Source: Candidatus Poribacteria bacterium (GTDB taxonomy: Bacteria; Poribacteria; WGA-4E; WGA-3G). Taken from it: 64,000 nucleotides of DNA. The position numbers and the translations under genes are program-made. This document shows positions 49,326 through 60,006 of this stretch, one piece after another. The stretch is from the NCBI GenBank assembly GCA_964291315.2, contig OZ219753.1, forward strand, positions 2,912,001 to 2,976,000, written 5' to 3'. Positions within the stretch are counted from its first letter, which is position 1, and the number at the start of each line of letters is the position of its first letter. Below the pieces are notes generated by a model. That model ran no database searches and was not told the DNA's origin. It saw only the letters and a list, made by a program, of their open reading frames with translations.

Positions 49326-49354
49326 AGTATACGAATTTACGGTGAGATTGTCAA
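49326..49354 (-). promoter_or_regulatory. Sigma70-type promoter
   Basis: TTGACA-17 nt-TATACT on minus strand. Confidence 0.6.
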
Positions 49355-49561
49355 GCGAGTCCTTATGTATTATTAGAATCAGGATTTTAGAATTTACAGA
49401 CTACTTGCCCCACTTGATTGAAAACAGTCTTATATAGATGGAATGCTCAAGATATTTGACTAAGTGCAAGTTTTCTCAACGGAAAATTGACTTTTTTTTC
49501 GACTTCGAAATGCCTCTTACAGAAAACAGCGAAATGTTGTAATCTGGGAACGTCCCCTATC

Positions 49562-50626
49562 CTACGGTCGCAGCGTTAAACGCCGGATGACATAAATCCA
49601 TGCACGCATCCCACGTACGTCCACCGTCAACTGTCGGATCACCTTAAGAGAACGTTGTTGTTTCAGTTCTTTGTTAAATATTTCGCGCTGCGATGTAAGT
49701 AGTACTATTTTGCCCTTCGGTTTCAAGGCGCGTTCATATTCTTTGAGACATCGCCGATATAGATTTGCTAGCTGTCGGACATTCTCGATTGTTTCACCAA
49801 ACGGAAGATTACAGACAATCTTATCAACAGTATTCGACTGCAACGGTAGGGTCCGGGCATCCCAACGGAAGAACTGACGCGGTTGATGTTGTCTACCGAA
49901 ATTCGTCGCAGTAGCATCTAATGCCGTCGTAGAAATATCACCACCGATGAGGTAACGGTAACGACCGATGTGTGCACGTTCTAAAAGAATGGTAGCAGCA
50001 CCACACATTGGGTCTAAGAAGACATCATCTGGATGCGGTCGTGAGAGCCGCACCATGCCGTAAGCTAGAGTCGGTTTGAGAGATGCGGGGATATGTGCCT
50101 GTTTATAGGGGCGCTGTGCCATGTGGTTTGGTGACAGCCTCACACTAATGTAACCGTCGTTTCCATGTATCTCCGCCCAGATATCTAGTGCTGCAACACT
50201 CTTCCCGAGATACCATCCGCGATCCAATAAAGTGCGTTCCATAACGCGCTGGAGATCAAGTCTCCGAAAATTCCGTTTTCCGGACAACCGACTCGTTAGT
50301 CGAAAGGGTGGGCGTTTCCGGACGTTGATACCCACCTGCCGACAACACGCAAACGTCTTCTCGAAGTTGAAGCGCGCCAATGAGCCGCTCAATGCCGCCA
50401 GAGAGCTCCGGGATCGTGTCATTTTCGGTATCTGTTTAAGGACGAGAAAAAGATGTTCTGCTGTTCGGAGTGATAACAGGTTGCGCGGGTTACCCGTATA
50501 CTGAAAAAGCAGACGTTGCGGTTTGCGTTCCAGGATCTTCAGGTGTCCTGTCTCGGCAAAGCGTTCGCTCAGCTCCTCGCGTGCAATGGTTTCTAACCCG
50601 GCGCTTACGATAATTGAATAAAGCAT
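49562..50626 (-). CDS. THUMP-domain RNA methyltransferase (RlmL/Trm14-like)
   Basis: ASLKPTLAYGM, LDPMCGAATI, GGDI, NLPFG; ATG 50626 preferred over TTG 50680. Confidence 0.8.
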   Translation of the reverse strand: MLYSIIVSAGLETIAREELSERFAETGHLKILERKPQRLLFQYTGNPRNLLSLRTAEHLFLVLKQIPKMTRSRSSLAALSGSLARFNFEKTFACCRQVGINVRKRPPFRLTSRLSGKRNFRRLDLQRVMERTLLDRGWYLGKSVAALDIWAEIHGNDGYISVRLSPNHMAQRPYKQAHIPASLKPTLAYGMVRLSRPHPDDVFLDPMCGAATILLERAHIGRYRYLIGGDISTTALDATATNFGRQHQPRQFFRWDARTLPLQSNTVDKIVCNLPFGETIENVRQLANLYRRCLKEYERALKPKGKIVLLTSQREIFNKELKQQRSLKVIRQLTVDVRGMRAWIYVIRRLTLRP

Positions 50627-50664
50627 GTTTTGGATTTGCAGCACACAATGTGCGCTTCCTGATT

Positions 50665-50817
50665 TTACGGTTCGGGCCAATCCAGATAGCGATGGAGAAA
50701 ACGAAACGTAGTTTCGGTAACGGACCTGTCAAGGGCTTCGACCACTTCTACAGCAAGGTCTCTGTCTAATGTTAGCGGTTCAGTTCCAAGTAACACTTGT
50801 GCAGTTTCACTTGCCAT
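50665..50817 (-). CDS. 50-aa small protein (not in ORF track)
   Basis: GAAAGGAG RBS then MASETAQVLLGTEPLTLDRDLAVEVVEALDRSVTETTFRFLHRYLDWPEP*. Confidence 0.55.
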   Translation of the reverse strand: MASETAQVLLGTEPLTLDRDLAVEVVEALDRSVTETTFRFLHRYLDWPEP

Positions 50818-50908
50818 GTAAGCTCCTTTCACACAGTTGTGAGTTATCCATTATCAGGTGTGTGAAGTCGGGATTCTCGGTTCTCATCCTACAAGCAGTT
50901 CATCCGTG

Positions 50909-52096
50909 CTAAATGATTCCATCCCGCTTTAACTTATTTATCTCATGAGAAGACATTCCCAACACACTTGTCAGGGTCTCAGTCGTATGTTCGCTGAGAT
51001 TCGGTGCAGGTGTGTCCACACTTCCGGGGGTTTCTGATAGTTTAATCGGAATTCCCGGTATCTTGACCTCACCTGTAATTTTGTGTGAGATACGTGTAAT
51101 CATCTCCCGCGCCTGCACCTGCGGATGCGTGACAACCTTGTCCATTGCGTTGATGGGGCCACATGGAACACCGATTTTTCCGAGGGCATCGATCCAATTG
51201 GCTGTAGTGCGTTGCGACATGAGCTCTGAAAGGATAGGAAACAGTTGACTGTGATTTTCTGTCCTGTCAGCATTCGTCTGAAATCGCTTGTCCGAGACGA
51301 GTTCCTGTCGATCGACATGCTCACAGAACTTTTCCCAGAGTGTATCGTTTCCGAGAGCAATAATAACGTATCCATCTGCAGATGCGAAGGCCTCAAATGG
51401 TGTAATTGCTGGATGTCTAGCCCCGAGTGGCTTCGGGGCTTCACCCGTTGCAAAATAACGGACAACCGCGTTTTCTAAAACAGCCACGAGACTATCTAAC
51501 ATTGCAACATCGACAAACTGTCCGTTCCCGGTTTGGTTGCGGTGGTGCAGTGCGGTGAGAATGCCTATTGTCGTGAAGAGAGCAGCGGTAATGTCACTGA
51601 TAGAGGTACCAACCCGTATCGGTGCCCCATCAGGTTCGCCGGTAATGCTGATAATGCCCCCCATACCTTGGATGATCATATCGTATGCCCCGTGATGTGC
51701 ATAGGGCCCCTTCTGCCCAAAGCCGGAGCATGCCGCATAGATGAGCAAGGGGTACTCAGATTTGAGTGCCTCATAATCCAAGCCCAATTTCTTCATTGTT
51801 CCGGGTCGAAAATTCTCCACAAGGATGTCGGTCCGTTTCAACAACTGCTTAAATATTTCTCGTCCGCGCTGGGTCTTAAGGTTGAGTGTTACGCTCTGCT
51901 TCCCACGATTCACACTCATGAAATAGAGACTGAACCCGTTTTTGAAGGGGCCAAAATTGCGAGATTCGTCTCCTGTACCGGGTTGTTCAATCTTGATGAC
52001 CTCTGCACCGAGGTCACAGAGAAGCATAGTCGCATAAGGCCCAGCGAGAACTCGTGTCAGATCCAAAACCTTTATACCGCTGAGGGGACTTGTCAT
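50909..52096 (-). CDS. CoA-transferase family III (CaiB/BaiF)
   Basis: VLDLTRVLAGP, NRGKQS, ENFRPG, GAYD. Confidence 0.93.
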   Translation of the reverse strand: MTSPLSGIKVLDLTRVLAGPYATMLLCDLGAEVIKIEQPGTGDESRNFGPFKNGFSLYFMSVNRGKQSVTLNLKTQRGREIFKQLLKRTDILVENFRPGTMKKLGLDYEALKSEYPLLIYAACSGFGQKGPYAHHGAYDMIIQGMGGIISITGEPDGAPIRVGTSISDITAALFTTIGILTALHHRNQTGNGQFVDVAMLDSLVAVLENAVVRYFATGEAPKPLGARHPAITPFEAFASADGYVIIALGNDTLWEKFCEHVDRQELVSDKRFQTNADRTENHSQLFPILSELMSQRTTANWIDALGKIGVPCGPINAMDKVVTHPQVQAREMITRISHKITGEVKIPGIPIKLSETPGSVDTPAPNLSEHTTETLTSVLGMSSHEINKLKRDGII

Positions 52097-52130
52097 TGTT
52101 CCTCTTTCCTAGTAACTGTGAAAACCGATT

Positions 52131-53045
52131 TTACAGTTCTTTGCCGACAATAAGACGATACGCTTCGCGATATTTTTCACTCGTTTTAGAAATAACAGAC
52201 TCCGGCAACTCAGGCGCAGGCGGCTTTTTGTTCCAACCGATCTCGGAGAGGTAATCTCTGACGAACTGTTTATCGAAACTTTGCTGAGGTTTACCGGGGG
52301 TGTAGAGGTCTGCAGACCAGAAACGCGATGAGTCAGGTGTGAAAACTTCATCGATAACAATAAGTGCGCCGTTGCATTGACCGAATTCAAACTTGGTATC
52401 ACAGAGGATGATTCCAGCACTCTCGGTGTGTCGGCTTGCGGTTCTGAAAAGTTCAAAACTGGTGTCGATCAACCGATCTGTCAGTTCACTGCCGATCTGA
52501 TTCCGCATCTCTTGAATCGAGATGGGTTCATCGTGTTCACCTTGTTCTGCTTTGGTTGTTGGCGTGAAGAGGAGTTCTGGAAGTCGATCGGACTCTCGGA
52601 GTCCATCAGGGAGTTTCTGTCCACAGATCTCGCCTGTCTTCTGGTAGGAAGACCAGCCAGACCCAGCGAGATAACCGCGTACGACACATTCAACGTCCAC
52701 GCGATCGGCTTTTCTGACGAGCATGGAGCGCCCGTTTAAAAGGTCAGCATCTGCCTGTAGAATGTCCGGATAATCTGCGACTTCTGTTGTAATCAGGTGA
52801 TTGTCAGCGACAGGTTTGGTGTAGTTGAACCAAAATTTGGACAAACCCGTTAGAATTTTGCCCTTATCAGGGATGCCGTTTGGTAAAACGACATCGAAGG
52901 CGGAGAGTCGATCGGTGGATACAATCAGGAGTTCATCTCCGAGATCATAGAGATCCCGAACCTTGCCACTGTGAATTGGCGATAAGTTGGTTAATTGTGT
53001 AGAGGTAATAATGTCTTGAGACATATTTTTCTCCTTCAGAAACAA
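52131..53045 (-). CDS. purC: SAICAR synthase
   Basis: GKVRDLY, DRLSAFD, ECVVRGY, DTKFEFG, TPDSSRFW, DKQFVRD; likely start ATG 53024. Confidence 0.97.
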   Translation of the reverse strand: MFLKEKNMSQDIITSTQLTNLSPIHSGKVRDLYDLGDELLIVSTDRLSAFDVVLPNGIPDKGKILTGLSKFWFNYTKPVADNHLITTEVADYPDILQADADLLNGRSMLVRKADRVDVECVVRGYLAGSGWSSYQKTGEICGQKLPDGLRESDRLPELLFTPTTKAEQGEHDEPISIQEMRNQIGSELTDRLIDTSFELFRTASRHTESAGIILCDTKFEFGQCNGALIVIDEVFTPDSSRFWSADLYTPGKPQQSFDKQFVRDYLSEIGWNKKPPAPELPESVISKTSEKYREAYRLIVGKEL

Positions 53046-53076
53046 TCATGAGCAGCTGGTGCTCTTTTGTCTGGCT

Positions 53077-53679
53077 TTATTCTTTCAGTAAATTTTGTAG
53101 GACTGCTGCGGTCCTATGAGTTCTATCTATTTGGAGCGCCTTGTTGGTTTCCTGCTTGGCAGACTGCATCTCGCTGAGATAGTAGTAACATGATGCCCTC
53201 AAGGCATACAGGTCGGCTTTGGTATGATAGTCATGCCGAAACAGGTATTCGGTATCCGCTTGTAAGGCGTTATCTATTGCAAGGATGGCTGACCTGAAAT
53301 CGGAGAGATCTTTATTCCGCAGGTAAAGTGTGTTTGCAAGCCCAACCCATGCGTCAGCATTGGATGCATCGAGCTGCACAGCGTTCTGGAATGCTTCTTG
53401 TGCAAGTTTTGGGTCCAAGGATAGACTAAGATGGCTCCAGGCTACGCCGTTGTGTGCATCGGCGAGTCCATCGTCGAAATTGAGAGCTCGCTCAAAACTC
53501 AGCAAGGCTTCTGCATAGTTCCCTGCCCTATAAGAACGCCATCCCGATTCTGTATAATTGACCGCATTCGGAGTGTCTGTTTCAGAGTCGCTTGAGCAAC
53601 CGCTCTGCATGAGAAGACAAATGCAGAATACAGTCATAGATATCATGTGTAGTGTCGTTCTCAATTTAATAGAAGTCAT
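53077..53679 (-). CDS. TPR-repeat lipoprotein
   Basis: Lipobox-like QSGC and TPR helices (AEALLSFERAL, ADAWVGLA). Confidence 0.75.
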   Translation of the reverse strand: MTSIKLRTTLHMISMTVFCICLLMQSGCSSDSETDTPNAVNYTESGWRSYRAGNYAEALLSFERALNFDDGLADAHNGVAWSHLSLSLDPKLAQEAFQNAVQLDASNADAWVGLANTLYLRNKDLSDFRSAILAIDNALQADTEYLFRHDYHTKADLYALRASCYYYLSEMQSAKQETNKALQIDRTHRTAAVLQNLLKE

Positions 53680-53819
53680 AATAGTTGTTAGCAGTCAGTA
53701 AGCTGATACATCTATCCGATGTGTTTCTCTTTTCTTTTTTCCTATGGGAACGAGTTCCACTTGCGACTTCTTATAAAGTCCAGCTCGACCTCCTGCCTAT
53801 CATTCATTCGCAGCTATCA

Positions 53820-56800
53820 TTAGTCAGATTTGAGCGTTTTCAAGAGAGGACTTCGCAGTGCCACAGCAACCGAAGCAGCATTTGCAATTATACCAAAACT
53901 GAAGATCAGAAGCAAGGTAATTGTGAGCGAGATCCACGGAAAAGAGGGGAAATGTGCTTGGGAAGCAAGTACTGCAGTAAGTCCAGCTGCAATCCCGATC
54001 GACATACCTACAACCAGCAGAAAGCAGCTTTCGAGGAACAACATCCACGAGAGGAATTGTCGGCGGAAACCGAAGGCACGGAGGGTCGCGAGTTCACCAC
54101 GCCGTTCAATAATGTTCCTAAATAGGATGAGGGCGACTCCGAAGGTGCCTAGTAGCACACCTAACCCACCCAAGCTCTGAAAAGTGGAGATGTAAGTATT
54201 CTCAACCGATCGATAACTTGCGAGTCTCGCCGATGCCGATGTCAGGTCAAATCCGTAGTCACTGAGCGTTTTCTCTAAGATTTGTGCTGTTTTTTCGCGC
54301 AATTCGGAAGGCGTTTTGACGAGGAAAAACTGATAACCACTTTGGTTTGGAAAGTACTTCGTGAAATTGGACTCCGAGATAATCAATTGGCTTTGAAAAA
54401 GACTTCCTTGAACCGTTTCCAGATTTAAAAGAAGTGGTTTCCCAAATGCATCTTGGACGAGAAAATCGTCATCAGGGTTGTGGTGTAAGATCCAACGAAG
54501 TGAGTTGTCATCACCGATAGCAGCTATTCTTCCCTCTCCGAGGTCACTTAATTCTAATCGATTCCATGGGGGTTTTGCCAACATAGCATTGGAAGCCCCC
54601 AAAATTTGAGGACTCTGAGGCCTGTAGAGATTCAGACAACTAACATCTTCACCGGGAAGCACACGAAAGGGAATGATTTCTGATGCCCTGAGAAATTCGG
54701 AATCCCTTTCGGAGAAACCGATTTCAAATCTACCTTCAGCGGTATTAAGGTTATGGTGTAAAGGGAGCGCTGACTCAGCAACAAAGGCATATTCTGTGTC
54801 AGGCGGTGCATCGTGCCGATTTACACCGACTGCTACTATGATGCAACACGCCAAGCTAACGGTTTGGACGCAAGCTGTGCTGCGTCGAGGGTGACGTGCG
54901 GCATTTTTGAGGGCAAATCGTAGTCTATTCAACCGTTTTGGAATCCGTTGTGACTTTAGCCAGCTCTCAAAAGCAGTCCGTCCGACACCAATAATACCCA
55001 AAGTCAGTAGTAAGAAATCGATGATCGGGTTTTCTATCCAGATACCGAAGGTATCGGAAAACCGATTGTCAAAAAAGAGAAAAAAGACTACTAGCATACC
55101 GAGGAACGCAATAGCGCTGCTCTTCGCGATTGCTAGCCCCGGAAGCGCTTTAACCTTTTTTTTCTCTAGGCTGGGAGCTGTCCTAGTGAAATTGCTTTGA
55201 CCGGCAAGCAGTGCAGTTATAGATGCCTGCCCTAAGTCCCGGACGGTTAAGCAAATAGAGATCATTATAACAGCTAGTGCGATGAATACACCTATCAGCA
55301 GACTCCACGGGTTGACATAGAGTTCCATAAAAGGCGTACCAATAGCAGGTAACCACCATGTCTGTACTCCGAATATCATTAATTGTGCGTATCCAATCGC
55401 CAACAGACACCCCAGCAGGCTACCGATACCGGCGATAGCGGCTCCCTCAAAAAGAAAACGGCGGCGGATTTTGGCAATAGGGTAACCAACCGCTTGTAAA
55501 ATACCGATTTCACGTGATCTCTGCTCCACGCCGATTCGGAAGAGCATCGCTATTAATAATGCAACCGCGATAATGATAAAACTACTGAGACTGCTAAACA
55601 GCATTCCAAAATCTGTTGCACCGATAGCGGCTTGTAGCCCGTCCTCTTGAAGAGATAAGAATTGGAATCCGACCTGTTCGGGGCGAATCCTTTTCAGCAA
55701 TTCGGTTTCAAAAAGCCTGCGTGTCGCTTGAATATCCGAATTTTGCAGAGGGCTCATCCGAATCGCAGTCAGATCGCCAAACCGATTTTTCCAGAGTCGC
55801 TTGCCCATTTCCAGCGAGATAAATGCCTTCGGGAGGGGTCCGTATTTGTCCCAATACATTTCATCCTGATCACGAATAAGTGTGTAATCAATCGGAAAAG
55901 GAGACTTCCATTCGGACATATCCGTAGTGTCGTGAATCCCCGGAAAATCAGGAATGATGTTTTTATCCGCAGCGATGCCCTCGATGGGCAGGATTCCCTT
56001 TAAAAGAAAGGACGCTGTTTCGATAGTATATGCTTCATCTGCACCGACCCTATAATATGTAATCGTGATGTTGTCGCCGACTTTTACTCCAAGGTCATTC
56101 GCTGTCCACGTATTCAGGAGAATCTCATTTTCCTGTAGGGCGGTTTTCCAAATCCGGACATTGTCTGCCAGTGGAACAGAAAGCCCACTCCGGTCGGTCA
56201 AGAGTGCAACAATCGTGGAATATGGAACGCTCTTTTCGTGAGCAGCTATTGTATTCGCGAGGTACGTCAGGGTCGGAAGTGCCGGGATCCCATGTTCAGT
56301 TGCAACCTTCAACGCTGTTTCCGCGAATACAGGTTTGAGGAGGTATTGCTGACTTTGGAGATCAAAGTGATTCTCATGAACCTGAATGCTCAATCCGAGT
56401 GCCTCAAGCGTCAGTATGAATTGACGAGGTGAGATCGGATCCGGTTCAGCTGTAAATAGGACGTTTACTTTCTCCGCTTGCCCAAGTACCTTTTGCAAGG
56501 CCGGAAGAGCGATGAAGGCATTGAAAGGCAGCCTCTGGTGTGCTTGTAGATTGAACCTCCCTGCATTCTGAGTCGGAACGATATCGCTCACGACTAAACG
56601 GAGACTCCGAATAGCCTCGGCAGCGTCCCGTTCGCCTAAGAGAAATTCCGGATGAATGTCGGCAATTTGTGGTATATTGACAAGAAGCGTCTCACCGACT
56701 TGCACATCTAACTCAGTTTGAAGTGCCTCGTTGATGATGATCGCGTTGAAAGGTTGATTAGAGGCTTTGTTTAGACTTGGAATCGGATCCTCTTTCCAAA

Positions 56801-57119
56801 AAGTGAAGAAACTTTCTGTCACGCCGAGGATGTTAACCTTTGATGCCCGGGTTTGTGCATGTGGCGCGGTGACTGCGCCGTTTAACAAAATCGCTGGCAC
56901 GTTGTTTTGTGTATTCAAAAGGTCCTGCTGGAAAAAGTGATCTGCGAGCACGGCATGCTGAATCGTGCCGAGCCGCTCTGCTGTGAGACTACGGAGACTT
57001 CCACGTACAGAATCCCCGACAATCAAAGCACCAGCGAGCACACCGGTCGCCACGGCAGTGCAAAGCGAGACGATGAGGTGTATCTGCCAAAAGTGTTGAA
57101 TGGAGGAAAATTTACGCAT
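53820..57119 (-). CDS. FtsX/MacB-like ABC transporter permease
   Basis: GALIVGDSVRGSL, EQRSREIGILQAVG and ERRGELATLRAFG duplicated FtsX domains. Confidence 0.88.
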   Translation of the reverse strand: MRKFSSIQHFWQIHLIVSLCTAVATGVLAGALIVGDSVRGSLRSLTAERLGTIQHAVLADHFFQQDLLNTQNNVPAILLNGAVTAPHAQTRASKVNILGVTESFFTFWKEDPIPSLNKASNQPFNAIIINEALQTELDVQVGETLLVNIPQIADIHPEFLLGERDAAEAIRSLRLVVSDIVPTQNAGRFNLQAHQRLPFNAFIALPALQKVLGQAEKVNVLFTAEPDPISPRQFILTLEALGLSIQVHENHFDLQSQQYLLKPVFAETALKVATEHGIPALPTLTYLANTIAAHEKSVPYSTIVALLTDRSGLSVPLADNVRIWKTALQENEILLNTWTANDLGVKVGDNITITYYRVGADEAYTIETASFLLKGILPIEGIAADKNIIPDFPGIHDTTDMSEWKSPFPIDYTLIRDQDEMYWDKYGPLPKAFISLEMGKRLWKNRFGDLTAIRMSPLQNSDIQATRRLFETELLKRIRPEQVGFQFLSLQEDGLQAAIGATDFGMLFSSLSSFIIIAVALLIAMLFRIGVEQRSREIGILQAVGYPIAKIRRRFLFEGAAIAGIGSLLGCLLAIGYAQLMIFGVQTWWLPAIGTPFMELYVNPWSLLIGVFIALAVIMISICLTVRDLGQASITALLAGQSNFTRTAPSLEKKKVKALPGLAIAKSSAIAFLGMLVVFFLFFDNRFSDTFGIWIENPIIDFLLLTLGIIGVGRTAFESWLKSQRIPKRLNRLRFALKNAARHPRRSTACVQTVSLACCIIVAVGVNRHDAPPDTEYAFVAESALPLHHNLNTAEGRFEIGFSERDSEFLRASEIIPFRVLPGEDVSCLNLYRPQSPQILGASNAMLAKPPWNRLELSDLGEGRIAAIGDDNSLRWILHHNPDDDFLVQDAFGKPLLLNLETVQGSLFQSQLIISESNFTKYFPNQSGYQFFLVKTPSELREKTAQILEKTLSDYGFDLTSASARLASYRSVENTYISTFQSLGGLGVLLGTFGVALILFRNIIERRGELATLRAFGFRRQFLSWMLFLESCFLLVVGMSIGIAAGLTAVLASQAHFPSFPWISLTITLLLIFSFGIIANAASVAVALRSPLLKTLKSD

Positions 57120-57139
57120 GTGCTGCTGGGCCAGAATCT

Positions 57140-57829
57140 TTACTTGACACTGCCAGTACCGTCCGCGAGTTGCAAATGCTGTTGAAAACGCGAGGCGATC
57201 TCAAGGTTATGTGTAACGACTATCAATATATTCTGCGCCGCGCCGTGCAGTTCAAAAATCAGATCTGCAATCGTTTCGGAAGTCGCCCTATCCAGGTTAC
57301 CCGTGGGTTCATCGCAAAGCAGAATACGGGGTTGATTGATAAGGGCCCGAGCAACAGCAGCACGTTGGCGCTCACCCCCGGACAGCTCGGCGGGACGATG
57401 CGATATGCGGTGCGTGAGTTCAACGCGTCTGAGGAGTTCCTGAGCACGCTTCGCCGCATTTTGCTGTCCCTTGGAGACAAGTGTCGGAATCAGAACGTTC
57501 TCAAGCACGGAGTACTGCGGCAGCAAATGGTGATCCTGAAATACGAACCCAATCACGGCGTTTCGATACCGGGCAAGTGCGGGCTCAGGAAGTGCGAATG
57601 GGTCCGTGTTGTTAATATTAACCCGCCCGCGACTCGGTTGCTCTAATGTACCGATGATATGTAGGAGTGTACTCTTACCGGAGCCAGAGGGGCCAGTAAT
57701 AGCAAGGGAATTTCCATGGGTAAGGCTAAATGAGATGTCGCGCAAGACTTGAAGGGATCCGAAATCTTTTGACAGATCGGTCACTTCAAGCATCGGGGCA
57801 GTGGTGTTCGACTCTTTCGTGGTCTGCAT
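57140..57829 (-). CDS. ABC ATP-binding protein (LolD-like)
   Basis: GPSGSGKST, GFVFQDHHL, LSGGERQR, DEPTGNLD. Confidence 0.92.
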   Translation of the reverse strand: MQTTKESNTTAPMLEVTDLSKDFGSLQVLRDISFSLTHGNSLAITGPSGSGKSTLLHIIGTLEQPSRGRVNINNTDPFALPEPALARYRNAVIGFVFQDHHLLPQYSVLENVLIPTLVSKGQQNAAKRAQELLRRVELTHRISHRPAELSGGERQRAAVARALINQPRILLCDEPTGNLDRATSETIADLIFELHGAAQNILIVVTHNLEIASRFQQHLQLADGTGSVK

Positions 57830-57891
57830 AAACTAAGATCCTAATGGATGATGTTATAGACTGCATAAGTAGGGAAGATGTTAATAAATAC

Positions 57892-58305
57892 TTATGGACA
57901 GCAAATCTGATCAGCAATAAAATCCGGAATAGGGATTGCCCGCAGTTTTTCACCGGGGTTGGTTACACAACAGACAGCGGTGATTTCTCCTCGTGCGATG
58001 TCTGTTCCTTGACGTGTAAAGTGAAATTGATAGGTGAGCGATTTGGTCCTTTTTTTGGAGATCCACAGCCGGATGTCAACCTCATCTTCAAATCGAAGCG
58101 GGCGCAAATATTCACACGAAGCTGCGAGTCGGGGCCATCCGATTTTATCGCCGTTCCATTCGGTTGCGACACTCGTCCCCAAACCCCGCAGGAATTCGTG
58201 TTCTGCGGCTTCCATAAAAACAAAAAATCGCGTGAAATGGACAATTCCGGCCATATCGGTGTCAGCAAACTCAATTTTCCGTTTGGTTCGGTACTCAGTT
58301 GTCAT
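57892..58305 (-). CDS. Acyl-CoA thioesterase (4HBT/YbgC family)
   Basis: FADTDMAGIVHF motif. Confidence 0.88.
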   Translation of the reverse strand: MTTEYRTKRKIEFADTDMAGIVHFTRFFVFMEAAEHEFLRGLGTSVATEWNGDKIGWPRLAASCEYLRPLRFEDEVDIRLWISKKRTKSLTYQFHFTRQGTDIARGEITAVCCVTNPGEKLRAIPIPDFIADQICCP

Positions 58306-58330
58306 TTTTTTGCGGTCGATTATCGGGTAT

Positions 58331-58433
58331 CAGTTGTCAGTTAGGTAAGAAGAGATCTCGTAACTTTCCACAACTCTCTGGCACTGTCAGAGAGTTGTGG
58401 AAATTTTACGAAACTGCTTTTAACTGACAATTG
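58331..58433. repeat. Nested long palindrome (MITE-like or terminator)
   Basis: Inner TTTCCACAACTCTCTG/CAGAGAGTTGTGGAAA; outer CAGTTGTCAGTTA/TAACTGACAATTG. Confidence 0.75.
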
Positions 58434-58445
58434 ACAGTTGTTCCT

Positions 58446-59849
58446 CTACATTTTTGGAAATTCCGGAACATCCTCGTAACGGCTCCAAGTCTCGGAGTGG
58501 ATACGCCAGTGTCCATCCGTCGGGTCCACCATAAGATTCAGTCGTTTTGTCCCGTAATCTGAATAAGCGGGGCGACTGCCGCTGGCCCGCACGCCAGTGA
58601 ATTTTTGTAAGAATTGGACATCTGCGACCGCTCGGTCCCCGTTGATTTGCAAATTAGAGATAGAGACCTGAACTTCGGCATATATGTTGTTGAGTTTCTC
58701 CATCTTCGTCCGGAGTTGTTCTTTTGTAAGGTGGGACGAAGTCTCCTTTCCCCCGCGTATGGTGACGCGTGTAATCCGAGCCCTTTCTGAGTAGATAGAC
58801 ATGTAGGTTCCCAGGTCTTTATCTTCCCAAGCTTTCTGCCACTTTCCCAAAACCTGTCTCACCTTGAGCTGCGTATCGAGCGGTGCGTTACCGTCAAAGG
58901 TGTTGTCGGATGTTTCACTCGGAACGTTATCCGTGTCGGGTGGGACCTCTGGTGCAAGGGCAATCGCATCAGACATTTCGCCGATCTGATCGTTAATGAT
59001 TTTCCATTTACGTCTGAAAAATCCTTTTTTTTCAATAGTGAGGGTCCGGACGTGCGTCTCAATGATGTTATCGCCACTCTCTAAGGTTACATTGATGTTG
59101 TCAACTATGTGGCGGTTTTTCTGGCGAGGCGCGGCGGTATAGAGGGCCTCTGCAAGAGTGACGACATGGATTTGGGACAGGAGTTCAGTGGCTCGCCGAA
59201 AACTGGCGGCTCGCTTTTTACGAGAAGACTTGTCCCACAGATCAGTGTACGCCTTCACATTCTGTGATTCCAAAGCGGCTTTCCAACTGAGGACGACCGG
59301 CATTACCGGGCTGTTGGGTTGTGTCGTTGTCTGCTCCACCGAATCAGGTACTGGCACGGTGGTGATAAGATCACTACCGACGATTTCGTCCTTAATAAGT
59401 TTCCAGCGTTGTTGAACGAACCCGTGTTTTTCGATAACCAGATTGCGCACCTGTTCTTGGGGTTCACCAGAATGGTAAGCGATGAGTGAGAGCCCTTCGA
59501 TTCGGTAGCGGTTGGAATATCGAGGTTCCCGAAATGTTTGTGTAGCACCTCCAAGCTTAACTTCCAATCTCACGCCGCCGCTGAGGAGGCTTGCTGTTTC
59601 GTGATAACCTGCCTCAGCGGATTGACGTTCACTTTTTACCCAGAGTGCGTCATACTTTCTGACACTACCAGATTCGAGGGCGTTTTTCCACTTTGCTAAG
59701 AAAGCAGTAGGTGTTTCACTGGAACTCATCAATATCACTAGCAGCGCAACGAAAGCGATAACGACCGCGGCAATACCGCCCCCCCATATTAGCCCCCGGG
59801 ATATAGCAGGTTTCTTTGATTGGTTTTGTCGGTTCTGTGTGTCGTTCAC
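58446..59849 (-). CDS. Membrane-anchored protein with three NTF2/SnoaL-like domains
   Basis: Single N-terminal TM helix; three W..A(L/W)E.....Y...(W/Y) units each ending W(K/R)(L/I). Confidence 0.7.
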   Translation of the reverse strand: MNDTQNRQNQSKKPAISRGLIWGGGIAAVVIAFVALLVILMSSSETPTAFLAKWKNALESGSVRKYDALWVKSERQSAEAGYHETASLLSGGVRLEVKLGGATQTFREPRYSNRYRIEGLSLIAYHSGEPQEQVRNLVIEKHGFVQQRWKLIKDEIVGSDLITTVPVPDSVEQTTTQPNSPVMPVVLSWKAALESQNVKAYTDLWDKSSRKKRAASFRRATELLSQIHVVTLAEALYTAAPRQKNRHIVDNINVTLESGDNIIETHVRTLTIEKKGFFRRKWKIINDQIGEMSDAIALAPEVPPDTDNVPSETSDNTFDGNAPLDTQLKVRQVLGKWQKAWEDKDLGTYMSIYSERARITRVTIRGGKETSSHLTKEQLRTKMEKLNNIYAEVQVSISNLQINGDRAVADVQFLQKFTGVRASGSRPAYSDYGTKRLNLMVDPTDGHWRIHSETWSRYEDVPEFPKM

Positions 59850-60006
59850 AATTTAACCTCCGTGTTTTTTACCGATTGCGCCTGGGCGGTCCTTCTGGTG
59901 TCGCGGCAGTATTTCTATGTGTTAACAAACCATTCATAGCCGAAAACAGGCACTTTAATGAATGTGGACCGATGCCGAAACAGGGGCATCGCCCAAGCAT
60001 ACAGAG

